DNA of 64,000 nucleotides, taken from Bacteroidales bacterium. GTDB taxonomy: Bacteria; Bacteroidota; Bacteroidia; Bacteroidales; UBA3663. This document shows positions 42,759-51,865 of the stretch, piece by piece. The stretch is taken from contig JAFWRO010000058.1 of the NCBI GenBank assembly GCA_017519885.1, positions 5,127 to 69,126 of the forward strand, in the 5' to 3' direction. Made by a program: the position numbers and the translations under genes. Within the stretch, counting starts at the first letter, position 1, and every line of letters starts with the position of its first letter. A model generated the notes under the pieces. The model saw nothing but the letters and a program-made list of their open reading frames with translations, did not search any database and was not told the DNA's origin.

Positions 42759-43220
42759 ATGCTACCAATGATTTCAAGATTCAATGATCAGAATTGGTTC
42801 CCAACGCTGTTCAACGATTTCTTTGACAACGATTTCTGGATGACCAACCGTAAGAACAACCTTACTGCTCCTGCAGTCAACGTGCTCGACGAAGAGAAGG
42901 ATTACAAGGTCGAGGTTGCCGCTCCTGGTATGACCAAGGACGACTTCCAGATCAAGATCGACAACGACAACAACCTTGTCATCACCCTCGAGAAGAAGAC
43001 CGAGACCAAGGACAACGGCAAGAAAGAGGATAAGAAAGCCGGCAAGTATCTGCGCCGCGAGTTCTCCTACAGCCACTATCAGCAGGCATTCACTCTGCCT
43101 GACGATATCGACAAGCAGAAGATCACAGCCAAGATGGAGCACGGTGTACTTACCATCGAAATCCCGAAGACCGAGCCTCAGAAACCTGTCGATACATCTC
43201 GTCAGATTGAGATCCAATAA
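42759..43220 (+). CDS. Hsp20/alpha-crystallin small heat-shock protein
   Basis: Alpha-crystallin domain PAVNVLDEEKDYKVEVAAPGMTKDDF...GVLTIEIPK. Confidence 0.9.
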   Translation: MLPMISRFNDQNWFPTLFNDFFDNDFWMTNRKNNLTAPAVNVLDEEKDYKVEVAAPGMTKDDFQIKIDNDNNLVITLEKKTETKDNGKKEDKKAGKYLRREFSYSHYQQAFTLPDDIDKQKITAKMEHGVLTIEIPKTEPQKPVDTSRQIEIQ

Positions 43221-43246
43221 TGGATAACATCTATCCAAGCGTTATC

Positions 43247-43282
43247 GCCTGTCAGTCTCGAAAGAGGCCGACAGGCTTTTTT
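43247..43282 (+). terminator. rho-independent terminator of hsp20
   Basis: GCCTGTC...GACAGGC stem with inner GTCTC-GAAA-GAGGC, then TTTTTT. Confidence 0.8.
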
Positions 43283-43474
43283 GTATAGCACAATTTCGGC
43301 CAACATTGTCCAGTCTATTTCGAAAGTTGTACAATCTCGGCCGAGATTGTGCTATCTCCGAATTATTTGCCTAAATTTTTACTGAAAGATGCCAAAAGCC
43401 GTTAAAAGTTATAAAAGGAAGGTTCATGAGGTTATTTTTTGCTCACAGCATTTGGAAATGAAAACAATAATTGT

Positions 43475-43482
43475 TATTTTTG
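43475..43482 (+). promoter_or_regulatory. -7 box TATTTTTG for the LysE-family gene
   Basis: 25 nt upstream of the ATG at 43507. Confidence 0.55.
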
Positions 43483-43506
43483 CAGTGTTGAAAAACTAAT
43501 CATACA

Positions 43507-44094
43507 ATGCCCATATACCTTTTGCCGTCGCTGCTCCTGGCGATTATTGTGGTAGGTTACACGCCAGGACCCGCCAATCTCTATGCACTGGCCTGCTGCT
43601 TGAAATACGGCCGCAGGAAAGCGCTCAAGATGTGGCGAGGATTGTGCACCGGCTTCTGCATCGACCTTGTCCTGATGGTGCTCCTCACCCACCTCTTGGG
43701 CGAAATGATGGGACACTACGTGATTTACCTGAAGTACATCGGTGTCGCCTATATTCTTTGGCTTGCTTGGAAGATGCTGCGCTACCAGGGTGTGGACAAT
43801 GCGGAAGCCAAGGACTGCACCTTCACTTCGGGCATGCTCATGCAGATGACCAATGCCAAGATGCTGCTGTTCGAACTGACAGTGTTCTCGACCTATGTGC
43901 TGCCCTACAGCGAAAGGCTTCTGGACCTTTTCTTTGTGGCTCCGCTTCTGCTGATTGCCGGTCCGGGCGCCAACTTTGCCTGGCTATATGCGGGTGCCTA
44001 TCTGCGCAGATTCCTCCACAAGTACCGCAAGCAGGTCGATCTTGTGATGGCCATTCTGCTGGCTACCTGCGCAATCTATATCTTTTTCATTTAA
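43507..44094 (+). CDS. LysE/RhtB family amino-acid exporter
   Basis: 195 aa, 6 TM, with N-terminal ...GYTPGPANL motif. Confidence 0.8.
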   Translation: MPIYLLPSLLLAIIVVGYTPGPANLYALACCLKYGRRKALKMWRGLCTGFCIDLVLMVLLTHLLGEMMGHYVIYLKYIGVAYILWLAWKMLRYQGVDNAEAKDCTFTSGMLMQMTNAKMLLFELTVFSTYVLPYSERLLDLFFVAPLLLIAGPGANFAWLYAGAYLRRFLHKYRKQVDLVMAILLATCAIYIFFI

Positions 44095-44121
44095 ATATCA
44101 ACTGCTTAAATTATAACTGCC

Positions 44122-44670
44122 ATGATTGAAGAAATGCTCAAATTCAACAAGGCCTTCGTCGAATCGAAAGCCTATGAGAAGTATGCCACCTCGAAGTATC
44201 CCGACAAGAAACTTGCCATCGTGACCTGCATGGACACCCGTCTGGTTGAACTTCTTCCTGCCGCCCTCGGCATCAAGAACGGCGACGTGAAGATGATCAA
44301 GGTAGCGAGCGGCACCATCACCAATCCTTTCGACTCGGCTATGCGTTCATTGCTCATCGCCATCTACGAACTGGGCGTGAACGAAGTGATGATCATCGGA
44401 CATACAGGCTGCGGCGTGCAGGGCATGAATGCCGAGGAGATGCTTCATCTGATGAAGGAGCGCGGCATCGACGAGGAACACATCTCCCTGATGCGTCATT
44501 GCGGCATCGACCTCGATGCGTGGCTCCATGGATTTGATGACACCGAGGCTGCTGTGCTCGAGACTGTCGATCTGGTGCGCAATCATCCGCTTATGCCGAA
44601 GGATGTGGTGGTGAAAGGATATATCATCGAGACACATACGGGAGAGCTGATGCCTATCAGAGAGAATTAA
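44122..44670 (+). CDS. beta-class carbonic anhydrase
   Basis: Zinc ligand motifs CMDTR and HTGCG. Confidence 0.8.
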   Translation: MIEEMLKFNKAFVESKAYEKYATSKYPDKKLAIVTCMDTRLVELLPAALGIKNGDVKMIKVASGTITNPFDSAMRSLLIAIYELGVNEVMIIGHTGCGVQGMNAEEMLHLMKERGIDEEHISLMRHCGIDLDAWLHGFDDTEAAVLETVDLVRNHPLMPKDVVVKGYIIETHTGELMPIREN

Positions 44671-44737
44671 CAATTAACAAATAACAATTAACAATTGATT
44701 TTGTTGGTCCAGAATTAACAATTGATTTGCTGGTCTA
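44665..44737. repeat. family A spacer repeat, instance A6, with an internal ~24-bp direct duplication
   Basis: aattaacaattaacaaataacaattaacaattgattttgttggtcc / agaattaacaattgatttgctggtct. Confidence 0.85.
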
Positions 44738-44744
44738 TAGCCTT

Positions 44745-45590
44745 ATGAAAGCGGGCATGTTCCTTTTGTTGTTGATGCTGCCGTTGACGCTGATGGCACA
44801 AGAATCGAAGGATTCTCTTTCGATCAACCTGCCATCGACGCTTACTGAACAGGACATCAAGGAACTGACGGCACCCATCCGCGTGGAGAATACGGGCTAC
44901 ATGGGCACAGATCTCGGTAATAACCTGAAAAAGGACCTCATTGAGACAGGAACTCTCACCAAGCTCGAAGACTACAAGCCGCTAGAGGTGCGTTGGTACG
45001 GAGCACCCTTGTTCCCAAAAGGTTCGGTTCTGCCTAGTTGGAGCACGGGGCATATTTATGGCTCGCATCTTTATACAGGCGATCTGATGCTCGGATATTT
45101 TGCCTCGGCCAATGCAGGCGTGCACCAGCAATTCGGGAAGTATTGGAGTGCCAATGCAGGCGTTTCGCTCAACAAGTATTCGGTCTATTACAATACGGCA
45201 TCATTCAATGGCTCGGTGACGTGGCAACCATCGAAATACTTCGCGCTGACTGCCTTCGGCTATTATATGCCCGGCACGTTCCTCACGAACTCCAACGTCA
45301 AGATTGGACAAGCCTTCCAATGGGGAGGATTTGCCACCTTCCAAAGCGACACAGATGTGCCCTTCGGCATCGATGTAGGAGCACGTCAGACCTACGACTC
45401 CTTCACAGGGCATGAGGTCTTGCCCATTGTGCAGCCCTTCGTCAAAGTAGGTGGCGCCAAGATGGGCATCGACTTCGGTCCACTCATCAAGGAAGCCCTT
45501 TGGAAAAGCAAAGGACACGGCGGACATCCTGGCATGGGGCCTATCCCCCAGCCTATCAAGGCGATGCCTACGGTTGCACCAAGAAGATAA
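44745..45590 (+). CDS. hypothetical exported protein
   Basis: Start moved from TTG to MKAGMFLLLLMLPLTLMAQ (signal peptide). Gly/Tyr-rich, possibly a beta-barrel. Confidence 0.55.
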   Translation: MKAGMFLLLLMLPLTLMAQESKDSLSINLPSTLTEQDIKELTAPIRVENTGYMGTDLGNNLKKDLIETGTLTKLEDYKPLEVRWYGAPLFPKGSVLPSWSTGHIYGSHLYTGDLMLGYFASANAGVHQQFGKYWSANAGVSLNKYSVYYNTASFNGSVTWQPSKYFALTAFGYYMPGTFLTNSNVKIGQAFQWGGFATFQSDTDVPFGIDVGARQTYDSFTGHEVLPIVQPFVKVGGAKMGIDFGPLIKEALWKSKGHGGHPGMGPIPQPIKAMPTVAPRR

Positions 45591-45592
45591 AA

Positions 45593-45653
45593 TACTATAG
45601 TACCAATATTTCCTATAGTTACTATAGTTAATATAGCCACTATAACTACTATC
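45593..45653. repeat. family D spacer repeat, instance D2
   Basis: tactatagtaccaatatttcctatagttactatagttaatatagccactataactactat, followed by A6...C5 and the ATG. Confidence 0.85.
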
Positions 45654-45677
45654 CTAAAAAACATAACACCCCCAATT

Positions 45678-46139
45678 ATGAACATCGGAGATAAGATTCC
45701 TGAAGTCCTTGGCATTGACCAGAACGGCAATAAGATCAAGGCGAGTGATTATCGCGGTCGCAAGATCGTGCTCTACAGTTATCCACGTGCCAACACTCCC
45801 GGGTGTACCGCCGAAGCATGCTCCCTGCAGCAACATAAGGCTGAACTTGAGGCTGCAGGTTATGCCATCATCGGTGTGAGCAAGGATAAGCAAGAATCGC
45901 AGCAGAAGTTTGCCAACAACTACAACCTCGAGTTCCCCCTCATTGCCGACACCAGCACAGAACTGCTGCAGCAACTGGGCGCATGGGGCGAAAAGGTATC
46001 GTGCGGTCGTCGCACCATCGGCACACTGCGTACTACTTACCTCGTGAACGAAGAGGGCGTGATCGAGAAGATCTTCACCCCCAAGGAAATCAAGACCAAG
46101 ATTCACGCCGAGCAGATTCTCGACTATATCAAGCAATAG
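45678..46139 (+). CDS. bcp: thioredoxin-dependent peroxiredoxin Bcp
   Basis: YPRANTPGCTAEACS active-site motif. 153 aa. Confidence 0.9.
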   Translation: MNIGDKIPEVLGIDQNGNKIKASDYRGRKIVLYSYPRANTPGCTAEACSLQQHKAELEAAGYAIIGVSKDKQESQQKFANNYNLEFPLIADTSTELLQQLGAWGEKVSCGRRTIGTLRTTYLVNEEGVIEKIFTPKEIKTKIHAEQILDYIKQ

Positions 46140-46178
46140 TCCACAGAAGGCATTCTCGTCCTCATCGACCTCAACAGC

Positions 46179-46856
46179 ATGCGCAAAACACCCAACGCTG
46201 AGCTTGTGGCATACGTGGAGCAGGCCATCCTGCCCCGCTATGCTACGTTCGACGCAGCCCATCATGAAGACCATGCACGCACGGTCATCGCGCAAAGTTT
46301 GAGCCTTGCCCAAATCATCAACGATTCGCCTCGATACGTGAATGAGGATGGCACGAAGACCATCGTCGACATCGATATGGCTTACGCTATCGCGGCCTAT
46401 CACGACACAGGGCTCGTTGAAGGTCGCGACACACATCACATCGTTTCGGCACGTATCATTCGCGAGGACAAGACTTTGCTGAAATGGTTTACTCCCGAAC
46501 AGATCGAGATAATGGCTGACGCCGCCGAAGACCATCGTGCCTCGTCGAAACGACCACCGCGTACCATCTACGGCCGTATCGTGGCAGAAGCCGATCGCGA
46601 CATTGACCCAATCAAGATCATTCGTCGCACGATGCAGTTCGGTTTCGCCCATTATCCCCAACTCGACAAGGAAGGCCATTATGAGCGAACCCTCGAGCAT
46701 CTACACGAAAAGTATGCCGAAGGCGGATATCTGAAACTTTGGATTCCCGAGTCACCCAATGCCGAACGTCTTGCCCAACTGCGTGACATCATCCGTGACG
46801 AAGCACTACTTCGACAAATCTACGAAAAGATTTTCGCCGAACCCCGTAATTGTTAA
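46179..46856 (+). CDS. HD-domain phosphohydrolase
   Basis: H...HD...D pattern (HHEDHARTV, AYHDTG, EDHRAS). Confidence 0.75.
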   Translation: MRKTPNAELVAYVEQAILPRYATFDAAHHEDHARTVIAQSLSLAQIINDSPRYVNEDGTKTIVDIDMAYAIAAYHDTGLVEGRDTHHIVSARIIREDKTLLKWFTPEQIEIMADAAEDHRASSKRPPRTIYGRIVAEADRDIDPIKIIRRTMQFGFAHYPQLDKEGHYERTLEHLHEKYAEGGYLKLWIPESPNAERLAQLRDIIRDEALLRQIYEKIFAEPRNC

Positions 46857-46880
46857 TTGTTAATTATTAATTGTTAATTG
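46846..46880. repeat. family A spacer repeat, instance A7
   Basis: gtaattgttaattgttaattattaattgttaattg. It encodes the last residues ...RNC and the stop of the HD gene. Confidence 0.9.
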
Positions 46881-46884
46881 AATC

Positions 46885-48078
46885 ATGCGCCAAATCATCA
46901 CCCACTTTACCGACAATGACCTCTACACCTTCAGTTGCCAGTACTACATCATGCAGAAGTACCCAAGAGCAGAGGTCGAATACACCTTCATCGACCGCAA
47001 CAAGACCTGCTATCCCAAAGGTTTCGACAAACTCCTTCAGGAACAGATCGACTATATGGCCGGCGTCACCATCACCGACCAGGAAATCGATTTCATGACC
47101 GAAAAACTCGTTTGGCTACCACTCTGGTACTTCACCTTCCTACGTGGCTATCGCTTCAATCCCAATGAGGTCAAAATCAACCAGGATGAAGAGGGGCATC
47201 TCAGCATCCTCATTCGCGGCAAATGGTTCAGCACCATCATGTGGGAAATGCCTATCCTTTCGAGCATCTCCGAACTGCTTCACACCCTGAACGGTGACGT
47301 CGCCAACTACAACCTTGAGAAAGAATATGCCAAGGCCGTGGCGAAGAGCGAGAAGATCTTCGGTGCCGGACTCGTCTTTGGCGACATGGGCACACGCCGT
47401 CGCTTCAGCTACGATCACCAGAAGATGGTACTCAAGGCAATGAAGCACGTCTATGACAGCAAGGAGTGGCCCGGACGATTCACGGGCACGAGCAACGTAT
47501 GGTTTGCCTTGGAACTTGGCCTCACCCCGCTTGGCACCATGTCGCATCAGCTCATCTCGTTCGAAGAGAACGTGAGCGGTGTCTTCGAATGCAACTACAA
47601 CGTGATGCGTAAGTTCAGCGATGTCTATGACGGCAACAACGGCATCTACCTCTACGATTGTTTCGGTGACGACGTCTTCTTCAACAACCTTTCGAAGCGT
47701 ATGGCCATGATGTACAGCGGCTTGCGCGTAGATAGCGGCGACGAAGAGGAACAGACCGAGAAGATCATTGCCAAGTACAAGAGCCTGGGCATCGACCCAA
47801 AGACCAAGCAGGTGGTCTATAGCAATGGTCTCGATGTCGACAAGTGCATTGCCATCCACAAGTTCTGCAACGGTCGTGTGCTCGACAGTTACGGCGTAGG
47901 CACACAAATCACTTGCGACATCGACAATGCAAAACCTTCGAACATCGTGATCAAACTGACCAAATGCCGCATCACTGAGGCACGCGAATGGCACGACTGC
48001 ATCAAACTCTCCTGCGACAAGGGCAAGACTCTCGGCAACCAGGAGAAGTGCAACTACATCCTTTCACTCATCGGATAA
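46885..48078 (+). CDS. pncB: nicotinate phosphoribosyltransferase
   Basis: N-terminus TDNDLYTFSCQYY, and GTRRRFS and GTMSHQ motifs. Confidence 0.9.
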   Translation: MRQIITHFTDNDLYTFSCQYYIMQKYPRAEVEYTFIDRNKTCYPKGFDKLLQEQIDYMAGVTITDQEIDFMTEKLVWLPLWYFTFLRGYRFNPNEVKINQDEEGHLSILIRGKWFSTIMWEMPILSSISELLHTLNGDVANYNLEKEYAKAVAKSEKIFGAGLVFGDMGTRRRFSYDHQKMVLKAMKHVYDSKEWPGRFTGTSNVWFALELGLTPLGTMSHQLISFEENVSGVFECNYNVMRKFSDVYDGNNGIYLYDCFGDDVFFNNLSKRMAMMYSGLRVDSGDEEEQTEKIIAKYKSLGIDPKTKQVVYSNGLDVDKCIAIHKFCNGRVLDSYGVGTQITCDIDNAKPSNIVIKLTKCRITEAREWHDCIKLSCDKGKTLGNQEKCNYILSLIG

Positions 48079-48089
48079 ACTTCAGCAAA

Positions 48090-48668
48090 ATGAAAAGAAG
48101 ACTCTTCATCGTCGATCCACAGAACGGATTCATGGACGATGGCACACTGCCCGTACAGGGTTCGCTCGCCAAGATGGCTGCCTTGGCGCAATATCTGCAC
48201 GACACCGACCTGGCCTATTACGATAAGATCTACGTCAGCCTCGACTGGCATCCCATCAACCATTGCTCGTTTGCCGAACAAGGTGGTCCCTGGCCTCCCC
48301 ACTGTGTGGGTTACACTGCCGATGCACTCGTGACCGACAGCGTGCTCGACGAACTGAAACGCTGGATGCGTGCCGGCAAAGTGGAGTTTATCCGCAAGGG
48401 CGAACAGGTGGAAGTTGACGAATATTCTGCACTCGACAACGAAGCGGTTGCCGCTCACATGGCTTACGAACTGCGTCAGGCTGACCATCTGGATGTCTGC
48501 GGCGTGGTAGGAACCGTCTGCGTCCAGAACACGCTCAAGGGCCTCATCGAGAAAGCCACCTATGCCGACAAGGTAACTGCACTCACTGCCTACATCGCAC
48601 AGTTTGATGCAGACGCCGAGAAGGAGTTCGTGAAATGGTGTGAGGAAAACAAGATAAAAGTCGAATAA
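48090..48668 (+). CDS. pncA: isochorismatase-family hydrolase, probable nicotinamidase
   Basis: Start moved to MKRRLFIVDPQNGF. DWHP, a conserved Cys in VGTVCVQNT, and position 11 nt after pncB. Confidence 0.7.
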   Translation: MKRRLFIVDPQNGFMDDGTLPVQGSLAKMAALAQYLHDTDLAYYDKIYVSLDWHPINHCSFAEQGGPWPPHCVGYTADALVTDSVLDELKRWMRAGKVEFIRKGEQVEVDEYSALDNEAVAAHMAYELRQADHLDVCGVVGTVCVQNTLKGLIEKATYADKVTALTAYIAQFDADAEKEFVKWCEENKIKVE

Positions 48669-48696
48669 CCCCTTACTGACTCCGATAACAGACAAG

Positions 48697-48948
48697 ATGA
48701 AAGAGGAACTGATCAAGATGCTAGCATCCTACCTTCAACTCTCACAAGAAGAGGCAAGGCGCCGATTCATGGCCTCCAGGATTTACGAGACATTGGAAGG
48801 GAAAGACAGCAACCTGCAATATCAACCCTTAGAATACGTCTTCACCCTCTTGAAGCAAGAGATTGCCGAAGAGGATGAAGACGACTATGACGATGATTTT
48901 GAAAGGCAGGAAACAATGCCCGAAGGACTCTTTGTCCGCAGTCATTGA
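48697..48948 (+). CDS. small acidic hypothetical protein (83 aa)
   Basis: ORF with an EEDEDDYDDDFE tail and no motif recognised. Confidence 0.45.
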   Translation: MKEELIKMLASYLQLSQEEARRRFMASRIYETLEGKDSNLQYQPLEYVFTLLKQEIAEEDEDDYDDDFERQETMPEGLFVRSH

Positions 48949-48986
48949 CCGGCCTAACTACTGATGCGAACCGTGTGGACTAAATG

Positions 48987-49529
48987 TTAGAAATTGTCCA
49001 CATGCACCTCAAAGTAGGATTGAGGATGTGCACAAACGGGGCAGATCTGCGGAGCCTTGGTACCGACTACGATATGACCGCAATTGCGGCACTCCCATAC
49101 CTTCACTTCACTCTTCTCGAAGACGGCAGCAGTCTCGATGTTCTTCAGCAAAGCACGATAGCGCTCCTCATGGCGTTTCTCGATAGCAGCCACCATACGG
49201 AACTTGGCAGCCAATTCGTTGAAACCTTCCTCTTCGGCAGTCTTTGCGAAACCTTCGTACATGTCGGTCCATTCGTAGTTCTCGCCATCGGCAGCATGCT
49301 CGAGGTTCTGTGCGGTATTGCCGATACCGCTGAGTTCCTTGAACCACAACTTGGCATGCTCCTTCTCGTTGTCGGCAGTCTTGAGGAAAAGTTCGGCAAT
49401 CTGCTCATAACCCTCCTTCTTGGCTACGGAAGCAAAATAGGTGTATTTGTTTCGTGCTTGTGATTCTCCTGCAAATGCAGCCTCAAGATTCTTCTCCGTC
49501 TGTGTTCCGGAATACTTTGTTTTTGCCAT
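48987..49529 (-). CDS. rbr: rubrerythrin
   Basis: Di-iron four-helix motifs ([23 protein letters not shown]) plus a C-terminal rubredoxin CRNCG...CPVC. Confidence 0.9.
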   Translation of the reverse strand: MAKTKYSGTQTEKNLEAAFAGESQARNKYTYFASVAKKEGYEQIAELFLKTADNEKEHAKLWFKELSGIGNTAQNLEHAADGENYEWTDMYEGFAKTAEEEGFNELAAKFRMVAAIEKRHEERYRALLKNIETAAVFEKSEVKVWECRNCGHIVVGTKAPQICPVCAHPQSYFEVHVDNF

Positions 49530-49599
49530 AATGATATAAAATTAGTGTTAGAAAAATAAAGGAACGTATTATGTCCAAAGCAGAATACTAATTCCGGCG

Positions 49600-49607
49600 C
49601 AAAGATA
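49600..49607 (-). promoter_or_regulatory. -7 box TATCTTTG for rbr
   Basis: 71 nt upstream of the ATG at 49529. Confidence 0.5.
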
Positions 49608-49675
49608 TAGCAATTCAACAAGAAATGCAAATATTTTCATTTAAAAAATCGTAAATAATTTCTGTTTGACCACAA

Positions 49676-50194
49676 ATGAATATTCGGACAGCCACGCCAC
49701 AAGATGCAACAGCCATCCTTGCCATCTACGCGCCCTATATCGAACAGACAGCCATCACCTTCGAATATGACGTGCCATCGGTCGAGGAGTTTCGAGGACG
49801 CATCGAAAGCACCTTGAAGCATTATCCCTATCTCGTCTGCGAAGAGGAGGGCGAGATTGTGGGCTATGCCTACGCAGGAGTCTTCAAGGCACGAGCTGCC
49901 TACAGTCATTGTGTCGAGACTTCCATTTACGTCAAGATGGGGCAGCACGGTAAGGGCATCGGCAAGAATCTATACGAAAGACTCGAAGAAGAACTGAAGA
50001 AGATGGGCATCCTTAACCTGAATGCCTGCATCACCTGGCTTGACACTCCGAATCAGTATCTTACTCACCAAAGTCCTGAGTTCCACGAGCATCTGGGATA
50101 CCGTCGTGTAGCTCATTTCCACCAATGCGGGTACAAGTTCGGACTTTGGTTCGACATGATCTGGATGGAAAAAATGATTGGGGAACACAAGTAG
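49676..50194 (+). CDS. GNAT N-acetyltransferase (phosphinothricin-acetyltransferase-like)
   Basis: IRTATPQDATAILAIY..YI..TAITFE, and GKGIGKNLY acetyl-CoA loop. Confidence 0.8.
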   Translation: MNIRTATPQDATAILAIYAPYIEQTAITFEYDVPSVEEFRGRIESTLKHYPYLVCEEEGEIVGYAYAGVFKARAAYSHCVETSIYVKMGQHGKGIGKNLYERLEEELKKMGILNLNACITWLDTPNQYLTHQSPEFHEHLGYRRVAHFHQCGYKFGLWFDMIWMEKMIGEHK

Positions 50195-50262
50195 GTATAT
50201 CTTTCCGTGATTTTGGTATATTTATCCGAGAAATTTATAAGGGAAATCCTTAAAAAAGTTTG

Positions 50263-50270
50263 TATCTTTG
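50263..50270 (+). promoter_or_regulatory. -7 box TATCTTTG
   Basis: 27 nt upstream of the ATG at 50297. Confidence 0.6.
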
Positions 50271-50296
50271 CACCGTCAAAACCAACAACCAAAAAT

Positions 50297-51391
50297 ATGA
50301 AAAAGATACTTACAACATTATTCATTCTTCTGACTATGGCAACAACTACAACAGCTCAGCGCCTTACTGAGCGTCAACTTCATCTGGCTACGGTAGCAAG
50401 CCTCGAAGCACAAGGTGACCTCGTACGCCTTGATCCTGCTATTCGTGCTGCCCTCGACGGCGGTGTAACCATCAACGAACTCAAGGAAGCCTTCTCACAT
50501 CTCTATGCCTATACAGGTTTCCCCCGCTCACTCAATGCGCTGGGTGTGTTGGGCAAGGTGCTCGAAGACCGCAAGGCCAACGGTATTACTGATAATGAAG
50601 GAAAGGCTTGGACTCGACCTGCCGTCTGGGACGATGCAAAGGCTTCGCTCGAAGTGGGAACACAGGTACAGACTCAACTTTCGGGCCGTCCTTTCAACTA
50701 TGATTTCTGTCCGCAGGACGACTATTATCTCAAGGCCCACCTCTTCGGAGACATCTTTGCCGGTGACCAGCTCACGCCTGCCGATCGAGAGATCGTGACC
50801 GTAGCAGCCCTCTCTTCCATCAAGGGAGTGGCTCCCCAACTTGCTGCCCACAAGGCTGGTGCAGTGAATATGGGCAATACGCAGGAGCAGGTGGATGAAC
50901 TCTGCAAATACCTGCGTGAGAACGGTCTTTCTCAATGCGACAATGCAGCCGATGCCGTGGCTGGTGATTGGCCCAAGGGAAATCCCAACTCGGGCTATGC
51001 ACAGTATTTCATTGGAAATAGCCATCTGGCAGGATTGCATCCCGTCAACCTAAGCGCTGATGAACAGGGCGTTCTGAACTTTGCCAATGTCACCTTCGAA
51101 CCAGGTTGCCGCAACAACTGGCACATCCATCATGGTGCACGCCAGATTCTGATCTGCGTGTCGGGTCGTGGCTGGTACCAGGAATGGGGCAAACCCGCTA
51201 TTCCACTTAAGGCTGGCGACATTGTAGATATTCCCGAAGGCGTAAAGCATTGGCATGGTGCACAGGCCGACAGCTGGTTCCAGCATCTCGCTGTCCATGT
51301 CGAGGTCGAGAATACACAGCCAGGTTCAGTGCCCAACGAATGGCTTGAACCCGTCAACGACGAGCACTACAACAAGTTGTCCGCTAAGTAA
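50297..51391 (+). CDS. exported carboxymuconolactone-decarboxylase (AhpD-like) + cupin fusion protein
   Basis: Start moved to MKKILTTLFILLTMATTTTAQ. Two CMD-like repeats (E...HLYAYTGFPRSLNA; ...AAHKAGAVNMG), then a cupin segment NNWHIHHGARQILICVSGRGWYQE...HWHGA. Confidence 0.7.
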   Translation: MKKILTTLFILLTMATTTTAQRLTERQLHLATVASLEAQGDLVRLDPAIRAALDGGVTINELKEAFSHLYAYTGFPRSLNALGVLGKVLEDRKANGITDNEGKAWTRPAVWDDAKASLEVGTQVQTQLSGRPFNYDFCPQDDYYLKAHLFGDIFAGDQLTPADREIVTVAALSSIKGVAPQLAAHKAGAVNMGNTQEQVDELCKYLRENGLSQCDNAADAVAGDWPKGNPNSGYAQYFIGNSHLAGLHPVNLSADEQGVLNFANVTFEPGCRNNWHIHHGARQILICVSGRGWYQEWGKPAIPLKAGDIVDIPEGVKHWHGAQADSWFQHLAVHVEVENTQPGSVPNEWLEPVNDEHYNKLSAK

Positions 51392-51429
51392 TATCCATGA
51401 GTCGCCGAGCTCAATTCTAATTCAATGAC

Positions 51430-51861
51430 ATGGAAATCGAAGTCGGGCAATGCTATTGCCGCCGCAACCCATTGTGGGGACGTGACGTGGTGAGAGTCAA
51501 TCGTCAGGTCCAGAGCAGTGTACTCGACTTCGAACGTTTCGATGTCACCATTATCAAGACATCAGAGGGTCTGGAGCTCATCGAGCACCAGACCCTCCCA
51601 TTAACAATCTTTGCAAATACAGGTTACGAACCTGTTCCCGAAGAACTATTTCTCAAGTTATTCGCCATGGCCCGGATAGCACGTGCGGCCTCCCAAGCCA
51701 AAAAAGAGCTAAGTAGCAACATCCAGCAGCAAGTCGAAAGCCTACTCCGCGAATACGGAATCATCGATGACACACCCGCCGAAACCTTTGCACAACAATA
51801 CGCTCAAGGCATGAAAAACCTCCTCGACGGCGTGTATGACGTGGTGGATGTGCACAAGTGA
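51430..51861 (+). CDS. hypothetical protein (143 aa)
   Basis: ORF only; no motif recognised. Confidence 0.45.
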   Translation: MEIEVGQCYCRRNPLWGRDVVRVNRQVQSSVLDFERFDVTIIKTSEGLELIEHQTLPLTIFANTGYEPVPEELFLKLFAMARIARAASQAKKELSSNIQQQVESLLREYGIIDDTPAETFAQQYAQGMKNLLDGVYDVVDVHK

Positions 51862-51865
51862 CCCT

